A DNA stretch of 63,061 nt, filler included, from Bipalium vagum (lineage: Eukaryota), in NCBI GenBank assembly GCA_037834085.1. It is 3 parts of 3 records of this genome, joined end to end, with 100 filler letters (N's around TTAATTAATTAA, not from the genome) between each part and the next. Parts side by side here need not be neighbours in the genome. Positions count along the whole stretch, not along the records: positions 47,526 to 63,061 come from JBBMKC010161059.1; 2 more parts are not named here. One strand, given 5' to 3'. Shown in pieces: positions 53,127 through 63,061 of this stretch (position 1 is the stretch's first letter; each line of letters starts with the position of its first letter). The notes beneath the pieces are model-generated. The model made no database searches. It worked only from the letters and a program-made list of their open reading frames with translations, and had not been told where the DNA came from. The translations under genes were made by a program, and so were the position numbers.

Positions 53127-54511
53127 TATGTATTATTCAACAAAACACAGTGATTTATTTCAAGCCAGAGATTTGGTTGTTATTGACTTGGGGAAGTTTT
53201 ACATGTTTGTCTAAGCTCTGGATACGAATTCTTCCCAAACATTACATCCGACTGCTTGGTTGTGTGAAGGGGGATCCACAGCCTTCCGACTCTGATTATA
53301 AATGTTCTGATGTTATTGTACCATGTTCTTCGAGTTATGCTTCGGCTTTGTCCAGTTACCTGTGATATTTTTGTTTGTTTTGTTCGTCATTGTCACGAAT
53401 TCAAACGGAGACTTAACGCCAATAATTAGATATCTTTTAAGCCTCTTGTTGATCCATTGTATAGAGGAATTAAGTTTTCCTTTTTCTTTCAAGCTGTATT
53501 TCTTATTCCTCTTTAAGTGTCTATAAGAAATTAAAGAGCTAATCGCACACATCTTCCTGTCTTTTTACTGCTAAATCATTTTGTAGTCACAGCTACATAA
53601 GGTGTGTCAGGCAGTTTCTACAGTTACCTGCTGTTTTCAATTTTTTATTCGTCGGTAGATCATTAGTGCCATACTTCTTAATAAAGTTCCATTCATCTGT
53701 ACTGCGCAGGTGTACGTTCATCAGCTTGTGGTTTAGGCGTTCATTTAAAACAATTGTTTTCACCAGTACTCCCGCGCTGCATAGGTTAGTCCAATCTCAA
53801 ATACCTTTTACCCGATTTTCTCGTGTAAGAATGGACACAAATTAATTCAAATTTATCCTTTTTAATTCATTCTTAAAATTCCAAATCATAACATAAAAAT
53901 AACATTCTAATTCTCATCTTCCTTTGCTTCATAAAGATTTCTTACAATTATATATATTAAAAATAATAACAAATTTTAACATTTTAAGTTACTTTTATTA
54001 TTACTTATCACATCAATGATGTGGAAAAAAACTTCTTTTTGCGCTCTACTAATTAAACCAGAAAATAGATATAGCACCTGTCTTTATTATTTACTTTACT
54101 ATTTATTGATATATTCAATGAGATTTTTGTTTTCGAAGTACACTCTTAAGTACACTTGTTATATTTGTCTGTATTTGTTCTCCTACCTGATCTACCAACT
54201 TATATCTTCTGCTGTGGACTTTTCTAATCAGTTATAACGTGTGATCAATAAAAATCTGAACTAATTTCAAAGAAAAAATTGATAAAAAGGTTTTGTAAAG
54301 AAAGACATAAAAATATTTTATCCTTCCTATGATCACAGAGAAATATTTCAATTACCCACAAAGTTATATTTGGAAATCCATTAAGAGACTAAAGTTCAAT
54401 GTCGAACGAAGCAGTAATCACCAGAATAAAAAATTCAGAATATATATTATCCATAAAATCTCAATGTCGGTGGATTGTCAGGAAGCTATCGAAAATTATG
54501 CTTCGTTTTAT

Positions 54512-54598
54512 ATGATTAATTAGATGATTAATTAGAAAATGATTAATTAATTAGATTAATTAATTAGATTAATTAATTAGAAAGATGATTAATTAGAA
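54512..54598. repeat. Degenerate (GATTAATTA)n tandem repeat
   Basis: Repeated GATTAATTAG/A units visible directly. Confidence 0.8.
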
Positions 54599-55419
54599 AA
54601 CCCTTAAACAATTATTGTTATTATTACGTTTATAACTATAATAAGAATAAGAGTTATTTCAAATCGAACAAAATTTTATGATTTCAATTAAAAAATAAAG
54701 GAAATGAAATATTTGAAATCATTCATAAATTTTGAATTCAGTTTTGCTTTAATCGATTTTTTTTGTATATTATTACTATTAACACCAAGAAGCTTAAGGA
54801 CATTTTTTTAAAGAACATTAACATTTATTTCTTTGTATGCATCAAATTAGATTTTTTTAAAAAAAATAATTATCAAATCAGAAGAAATTTAATTTTTAAA
54901 AAACCTATATTAATTTGATTTTAAAATTAATTAATTAATTAATTAGAATTCTGAATTATTCTGGGAAAGATTATAAAATCTTTAAAATAAAGGATTTAAA
55001 TATTTTACTTAAATTTTAATTATTAAATTAAAGGGATATTCAATATTAAATTGAAATACTTTATATTTTATGCTCTTTTGTCTTTATAGATAAAGCAGGA
55101 AAAAGAAGTTACTACAGAGGTGAATTTTCAATGTTTATCCCATTTGAGTGGTGAATATAAAGAAACAGGAAAGACAAGTTGTCATCTTAAAACGCGAATG
55201 AAGAAATCTATATTATTTTTGAATTATTACAAAGGAAATTAAATGATTTAAGAGAGAAAGATTTATTGCCACCACGAGATGATAAGAGTACATAGTTGGA
55301 ATCAAATGACCATAATAATAATTTACAAAAACTTTATATTTTAAAAATTACATTATATAACTAATCTATAAGGACCACTATTATATTCAACTGGAGATTA
55401 TTTTTCTGGTATTATTTTA

Positions 55420-55650
55420 GATTTGTTTAAAATTTCAAGACGGTAACGCACCATTTCATAGATCTAGAACAGTTAAAAAATTGCTGTCTAATGAAGGTAT
55501 TCCAACACTTTTTCTGGCATCCTAACAGCTCAGATCTGAACCCCATGGAAAATCAGTGTGGGAATCCATATATTAATTCGAGAACATGGTTATGTTTTGA
55601 AGTAGGATGAAATGGTCTTGAAAAGCAGTGGTTCAGAACGTGGGCTTGAC
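55420..55650 (+). mobile_element. Tc1 transposase C-terminal remnant
   Basis: FQDGNAPFHRSRTVKKLL and WHPNSSDLNPMEN. Confidence 0.8.
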
Positions 55651-56699
55651 ATTGACTACACGTGATCTCTTTTCCTTATTCCATATTAAAACCTATATTT
55701 CAATCCTGGATTAATATTCCATGCTTTGATCAGAAATCTCATTTGAAAACTGAATAAAATTCGTTTGAAGGATCTTATTTGATTTGATGCTTAGTGTCTT
55801 TTAGTTGCATCCTTTTCCATTCATTTTCTTTCTGTCGAGAACAATCCACTCATTTTTCTTTCAACTGTCCTTTTTATTCAAACTATACTAACAAAATCCA
55901 GAAAATGTTATATCTCCTTTCTATGCAAAGACATAACAATCTCTTTTAAAAATACACAAACTTCATACTCCTTAATCCTTAACTTACCTTCAGTTCTGCT
56001 AAATGAAAATCAAATAAATTTTTTCCTTAGATCTTTAACTTACAAATCTGTCAATTTCCCAACTCTCCTGCAATCAAAAATCTGTCTAGCATCCTTAAAA
56101 GACCTTGCCTTAGTTCTTAAATCATTTGAAAAATGGTCTTCACTGGAATCATCTACCAACGTGCTTTGATCAATCTTCAATGGTTAAAGAAGAGATCAAC
56201 CACAAAGGGATGTTAACACAAATACGGATGTAGATGTTATCATCCAAGAAAATGAGTATCTTATAGATTTAAATTTATAAGAATCAGATAATTAATCCTG
56301 AGATCTATCCTGTAGGTATGGAGGATGATATGGTGCGTAATAGTCTGTGTGATGACCAGAGAATCATAAAGAAGCGTTGGGTTGCTATCCAAATCCAATG
56401 ACTGACCAGGTTGAAGAGAGAACCCAAACAGAATTGGATTCGAGAGTGAAGGACACAATACTATGTGGTTGAATCTCATTGGGAACAATGGTTAATGGAT
56501 AAGTCTGATATATAATATCTTTGTGATAGCCTGGACCACCAGAGGTTTGACCACGAAACTGGATTGAATTCCAGTTGAAAGCAGAGATACTCCTCTGTTG
56601 ATAATGAAAGGTGGTTAATTTCCATTGGAAAATATTTTATTGCCCTCAAATTCAAATGTTAGTTTAGTTCTGATGAGTTCGCGAAGAGAAAATTATTTT

Positions 56700-58486
56700 A
56701 GGAGTCATCGTCATTATTGTCCTTTGGGTTTTTATCTAATGGATAATGTCCTATGAGGTCTTCACAAACTTTATGAATAAACTGTCGACGAGAAATTGTA
56801 CTTCTGCACACGCTTTTATAAGCTATTCAAGCATTTATCAGGGAGAAGTCCAAAACATTATAAAAAACATGCATTGACCATCTTCTACTACTAACTCTTG
56901 TGGAATATGTCCTTGACATTTGATCAGTGACATCAACTCCAAATTTGTTCTTGTTATAACATAAAAAAGGTTGGGGTTTTTTCTTAGGATTAGATACCAT
57001 TGGAATAATGAAATCAGGATTTACGGTGCTGAAAATGGCAACAGATTTAGTTGTTTTGCACCGATATGACGTTAAATTTATATGATTCGATGTTTCCATT
57101 ATTAATGTATCATGAAGAGGTCTTTTTACCTTTATTAATTCAGGCAATTCTCTTATATTAAAACGAATTGTATCAAAAATGCTAGTTTTTTTCAGCAGTA
57201 ATGTTTGAACAAGATTCAAGGTAAAGTAATTTTTACAAATGACGTTATATCCTCGGTTGGCAAAGGGACTCATTAATTTTAGTACAACATCAGTGGGTAA
57301 AGAATCAATTGGTGATCTTGTTTCATCTTTGCCTAGGTATGGAAAGCAATTGCATAAATATTTACTTTCAACATCAACAGCAAACCAAAATTTTAATCCA
57401 AATTTATCAGGCTTGTTTGACATATATTGAATAAATGTACACCTAGCCTTATAAGATAATAACTGCTCGTCAATTGTAATATTCTCATGAGGAATGTAAG
57501 CTTTTTGAGAGTTTTCTATAAATGAATTCCATAGGTTAGAAACTAAACAAAACTTATTTGTTTCGAAATTCTTTCTCCTCTCACTTTTGAGATCAAATCG
57601 TAGGTTTTCCATTATATCTGAAAATTTATCAAGTGTCATAGTTTTGTTAAATAGTGGACACCCCCAAGACTTATCCAAAATATGTGCTATCGGTAATTTT
57701 TGTCCTCCAATTACTCCTCTAGCCATAATAAGACCAATTAATTTGTCTAAATCATCCAATGTTATTGCCAATGTGTTGTTATCCCTTTGAGCTTCCGCTA
57801 TTGTACATTTTAGAATATTTCGCATCATTGCTTCACTGAAAAATAACCGGAATGCTGAAATATGACTTTCTTCTTTAATTCTCGTTGAGCAATATAACGT
57901 CGGACCCAGGTTGAAGCACTTCATATTTTGGAAATTTTTCTTTCCGCGAGTTGCTATACCTGCCTTCAAAAAATGCCATTGGGTGCCATCTTTACTCTTC
58001 ATGGATCTTGAAGTTTCCACATCATTGTCCTCATTGCTTGACTGGCTTGATTCACTTGAAATAGATATGATTTCATAATCATCCATTTCAAAATCATTGT
58101 CACGGTTATCATCAGATTGGTCAGATGGAATATCTCTCAATTTCTGTATTGCGTTCGAAAACATTTAAAATTTGTATTTTTTTGTTAATATTGAAACAAA
58201 ATAATAAACAAATCTATTAAAGTTCGATCTTATATAATTTTAAATAAATTTATACAGGTTTATTAAAAAAATTATATAAGCGTCAATTGACACTTGTATA
58301 ATTTTATAGGTAGTGTGCTTTTTTATGAAAACTACGAAAGATATTTCATAAAATTCTTCAAATATAGTTAAATCTTGATAAAATAAATAAACTCAAATTT
58401 TTAAAAAATTTATTTATATACGATTTTAAAGATATTAGTGTTTTTGTATGCAAATGCGTCAATTGACGCGCGCCGGGTTTCTTATG
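56700..58486 (-). mobile_element. piggyBac transposon, 5' end intact, 3' end not found
   Basis: TTAA at 58487-58490 next to terminus CATAAGAAACCCGG (minus); subterminal palindrome GCGTCAATTGACGC at 58456-58469 with a near copy at 58281-58294. Confidence 0.85.
56827..58164 (-). pseudogene. piggyBac (PGBD4-like, DDE_Tnp_1_7) transposase, 445-aa ORF, probably inactive
   Basis: Acidic N-terminus, NLRFD, ITIDEQL, QYMSNKPDKFGLKFW, GVDVTDQM, RRWSMHVFYNVLD. The second catalytic Asp motif DNYFT reads KNYFT. Premature stop at INA*; no Cys-rich tail seen. Confidence 0.92.
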
Positions 58487-58544
58487 TTAACTGTGCTTGG
58501 GAAAGCTGTAAAACCCAGATCATTTAAAAATGTTAATGTGTTAA

Positions 58545-58630
58545 ATTATTATTATAATTATTATAATAATAATTATTATTATTATAATTATTATTATTAT
58601 AATAATAATAATTATTATAATTATTATTAT
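58545..58630. repeat. Mixed (TAT)/(AAT) low-complexity microsatellite
   Basis: Direct inspection. Confidence 0.85.
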
Positions 58631-60603
58631 TTATATTTTTTAATTAAATAACTTCTAAATCGAGATTTATATTAATAATAATTTTTGGAATGTTTTCAAA
58701 AATTATTAAAGGTAAAAGCAAAATATAAATAAATAAAAAATAAAAAGTAAACGGTTGTAGCGGAAACTAAACCCAGTCTCTAAATATTTATTTAATATAA
58801 TAAATTAATAAAAATCAATTAATATCGTTATTGAATTAAAAAATAAAAAATGCAATAATTTCAATAATCAGAATTATTGAAATAAGATATTTACATTTGA
58901 GAGGAAAATTATAATTAATAAGAATTATTTATAAAAAAAACATATCAAAGTTTTAAAATTTAATTAAATTTAAAGATTTCACATTTAAGACTCACCTTTT
59001 CATTCGGGATTATATGCCTAGGCCACAAGGATGACAAGCAGTTACACTCTTTGAGAAGAGAAGCCTGTAGAGCAGCGTCGACACATTGAGAAAATGTATA
59101 ATTAAAAACGCGGTCTAAATCCTTCACTTTTTCCTGATCATCCTTGCAAATCTTGACAGGAGTAGAGAGGAATTGCCATTTTATGGGCTCGTAAGCAATT
59201 TCATTTAGTTTTCCTAAAATGGAAAAGTTTCCTCATCCATCAATTCTCGACGTTGTGGTGAATTATTAGAGATAATTATTGTCTAAATTGAGTTGAAAAT
59301 GAAACGTGAGCCTTTATTGAAAAACCTCATTCTTTTCCACACTGCACTGCACTGACTTTCCCTGTTTAATTTTCTGTTAATTAATTATATTAAAGTGCGA
59401 AGAGCGAATTGTAAGAGACAGGAATTCGTAAAGAAAGGATGCGGAAGGTATATTAACCCCAGTTTTTTTATTTCAGTGTACATGCGATAAAATAACAAAA
59501 TAATTTTATTTTAATATTTTTTTTATTAAGAACACATTGGAAATTAATATTTCAACGTTATTTATTAATAAATCTCTTAATTTGAGTATATTCCTCAAAA
59601 ATTTCTTAATGGAAAATCAATAAGATCCATAATAATAATAATAATAATAATAAAAATTATTATTTATTGAATAAAATATCTAAAAATAATTTAAAATAAT
59701 AATAATAATAATAATATAATAAAAAAAATTAAAATAATAAAAAAATAAAAAATAATAATTAAAGTAAAAATTTAAATTTAAACATAATTTCTTTTATACT
59801 TTAAGGACTTTAAGATAAAATTTGTTAAATGTTTACGGAAACTTTGTAATGTTATCAAATATCTATTTTGAAATCCACACTTAGTCTGATAACCTTGTAA
59901 GGTGAGAGTTTCAAGGACGTGACATAGGAATTTCATGAAGAGTATTTACATATTTGACTAAGGAAAAAGAAGCGAAATATTAAACCGATATTGAGCTTGA
60001 CACGATGTCCTTGTCTCTGAATATATTTCTTTCATCTTTTTCTTGTTTATGTACAAAAGCACAAGCCTACTCTTATTTACCACTTAATAATGTCACACAA
60101 AAAATTATAACAATGTACTCTTTTATCTAAAATGCTATCACCGTACGCAAAATGTTTATTTTATATCGGTATTTGTTTTAACAAAAAGTTTCTTATCAGC
60201 TCTTATCCAAATAAGAAAATTATGTTCTATCACATTACATTTTTCATGTTTGAACTTTTCGGTGAGACAACTTTCCTTATGATTAAGTTAGTTAAAATAT
60301 TATTGTATCAATGATAGCAGTTTTCTTCCCGAATTCTACATGTGGAAAAGTATAATGTCAAAACATTTACATTTATAAGCTTTGTCTATTTATTAAAACA
60401 AAACAAATTATTTAAGCATATTTAACTCAGAAATTATATAATTCAATTAATTTATTAAGTATTGTATTAGGTTGTAACAATTTTTGCAATTCTGAATAAT
60501 ATACGATGGTGGATGGATAAGTAAGCTACACTACAACTACGTGTCGTCTCAAAAATAAAATAAACATTATTATTGACAAGTACAATCAACCAATTTAATA
60601 ATA

Positions 60604-61100
60604 CAGGGTGTCAAAAAGTAACCGAACCGCAAACTTAAATATAAATTAGATATAAAAAACGACTAATGTAATTTCTTCTTTTGTGTCATTTTATGTTATC
60701 TTTGTTACCATTCATTTCCTTCGGCAAGTTGTAGTCTTTGAATTGAATGCCGCTGCGTGATCCTATTGATTTTGTTCTAACGTCATTACTTTATTTTTGT
60801 TCAGTGTGCGCTTCTGCACTCATTCCTAAAAAATGAAGCACAGGACTTTAGATTTAAACAAGCGCATCTTCGTTATTAAGAGTTATTATGCATGAACTAG
60901 TTATAAGCATGTTGAAGAAAGATAGGAAGCAAACTTCGGAACACCTGTACCGAGTAAATCGACAATTTTCAATCTTGTATACAAATTTGAAGTAAGTGGA
61001 AGTGTGTCAAATGGTCCTTAGGAAGGTTATCAGAAAACAGTTCGTTCAGAAGAAAGCAGGGATATAGTGGCAGCTTCATTTTCTTTCTCCTAAACAGATC
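60604..61100 (+). mobile_element. Tc1-superfamily element 5' part (DUF4817-type HTH)
   Basis: TA-CAGGGTGTC left end; RIFVIKSYY...FGTPVPSKSTIFNLVYKFEVSGSV...KTVRSEE from ATG 60833. Confidence 0.8.
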
Positions 61101-61234
61101 TATATATCATAACTAAATATATTCAATTTATATTTTTCTAAATAATAGAATCACCGAAATTTAATGTAACTGTTTAATTGTTTTAATAAGTCGATATTAT
61201 CGAAATTAACTGTAGTAAATTCAATTTTTAATTA

Positions 61235-61700
61235 GATCACCATTGAAGAAAGATTGAAAATTGTTTTACGGATAGCTACGATAAAATCAGTAACATTAGT
61301 CAGATGGCATTTTAAAACTTGAGGTTGAAAAACATACCTAAAAATAGGACAATGACAAAGATATTTGAACAATTCAAAGAGATTGGGAGTACTTGTTATC
61401 TTTGGAACTCTGGAAGAGCATGAATGAAAGATGAAAAATACACAAACTCAGTGAAGTTTATGAAAAACCTGAAACATGGTTAAGAACCGCTGTCAAGGAA
61501 GCTGGATGCAGTTGTAAAGCTGTGCAGAATGTAGTACGATTAGATCTTCAACTTTATCCATTAGTTGCACGTCCAAGGCTTTGCTCAAAGAATTGCAATG
61601 TGCGAAATACTAATTTATGAATTCGAAAATAATCAAGCTTTTCTTCAAAATCTAATGTCATTTGATTTTTTTCTGTGAGGAAATTTGAAGACACAGGTAA
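61235..61700 (+). mobile_element. Second DUF4817-type Tc1-superfamily remnant
   Basis: TIEERLKIV...RTMTKIFEQFKEIGST...NSGRA, DLQLYP. Confidence 0.6.
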
Positions 61701-63061
61701 ATAAAAAAACCAAAAGATATCCAAGACAAGACGTGAAAAATATTATTATTCAAATTGAGGTAGCTAGAATATCAAAGTGCTATGAATGAATTTTATAATT
61801 ACATAAAGAGGTTTATTAAAGTCAACGGTCATTCTGTAGAAAAAAGTTAAATCATAATAAATAAAGGTTGCTGTGTCAAAAATTTGCGGTCTTATGTTGA
61901 ATATATTTACGGAATTAAATTTTAAAATCGGATACTTTATAAAAATCCTGTAATAAATGTATAAGGTATAAAACGTTTTTTACAAATATTAATAAAAATC
62001 AATCGATAATGTAATTTCCGTTATGGTTAATAAAGAAATTGACTATTAGCTTTTAACGTCTTTCTTTTAAAGCCACTGGACTCTGCATTTCAAAGCAGTC
62101 TAATTTTGTCAGTAAAATGAAATAAAATAAAAACCTTTACTGTACTTTTGTAAAGCAGAAACAGATTTTTCAAAAAAAGTACTTGGTATTAAATAAATAT
62201 GATACCGTAAAACAAAACCATAAATGATAAAATCACGAAAAATTGTTACATAATAAATTAAAATGAAAAAAAATTCTTATAAATTCTCAACATATTCACT
62301 GTTATTTAAAGATTATTGATAGAGATATGTAGAGGTCTGTTCCAGCACCAGATGGTCGTCATGTTATCAGCATAAATCATTCCTTATTTCATTATATTAT
62401 AAAATTTCAGAGACAATTCGCAAGAAGTGAAAGTCTAATTAAATGATCTAATCATCTCAAGAACAAATGCAAATAAAATTTCAAATGAGTTCAACGAAAA
62501 TTATTATGTGGAAAAATTATTATATAAATATTTAAAGCAAGAAATATTCAACATCTTCTGGGAACATTGGAGAGAAATGTCAATTCTCGAACTACTAAAA
62601 GATAACGTTAATTTCTTTAAAAGAAAAATATGTTAAACTGTCGAGAAATAGGAGAAGAGTGTTTGGAAAGAATTTATAATTTCTCTCTATCATCTATCAT
62701 CTATTTCTAAAGGGAAAAACGTAAATTTTTCAAATATTTTTTATTCCTTTTTCAAACTTGTTTTACATACATTTCTACATATAATTAAAAAAAACATTTC
62801 CATAATATTATTTTATATTAGTTCTTATTTTTATTTATTTATTTATCAACTTTTGAAAATCAAAAAATATAAAGACGTAATATTAATTTAATACGTTATC
62901 AAAATTTTATTATTCAATAATTTTCGTTATTTTCCCAGAGAATAGTTTGAGATAAACAATAGGTACAATCTAAAAAAATTAAAAAATTCCTAAAACATGA
63001 AATGCAGATTTCCTTTTTTCCGCAAATTTAATATTAATCAAATGATTATTATAATTATTAT

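Noticed and set aside
53560-53720. L1/Tx1-type C-terminal zinc-finger remnant (WNFIKKY..LPTNKKL..CRNC..H) on minus strand
   Set aside because: Resemblance too weak and short to support a feature call
55850-56170. LINE ORF1-like fragment (DCRRVGK) on minus strand
   Set aside because: Single weak motif, multiple stops
56670-56695. Hammerhead ribozyme core-like CTGATGA...GAAA
   Set aside because: Stem II does not close properly, no stems I/III found, and it lies in piggyBac coding remnant
1-63061. CRISPR arrays, tRNA/rRNA genes, prokaryotic operons or defence systems
   Set aside because: None seen; the sequence is eukaryotic with spliceosomal introns and has no regularly spaced repeat-spacer array

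Overview
Very AT-rich eukaryotic genomic DNA, most likely from an invertebrate animal. The ~50-nt GT-AG introns and TE spectrum would fit a flatworm, but the taxon cannot be proven from this window. The only confidently recognisable host gene is the 3' half of mitochondrial-type methionyl-tRNA synthetase (MARS2; exons 2164-2270, 2324-2423, 6288-6577, 8445-8829, + strand). The rest is mostly decayed mobile DNA: Tc1, mariner, IS630-like, pogo/Tigger, Merlin, hAT (CGGBP1-like, intron-containing), Chapaev3-like, piggyBac plus a piggyBac MITE, two Ty3/gypsy relics, two inverted solo LTRs and a NeSL/R2-type LINE. The most unusual part is a decayed Maverick/Polinton (adintovirus-like) segment at about 22.6-27.1 kb. 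It encodes an apparent C2H2-zinc-finger + parvovirus-type PLA2 + integrase fusion and a membrane protein starting with tandem PSAP and YPxL late-domain-like motifs. A diverged second fragment lies near 34 kb. Two 100-bp assembly gaps carry an artificial TTAATTAATTAA linker. All family calls come from motif recognition by eye; no database searches were run.
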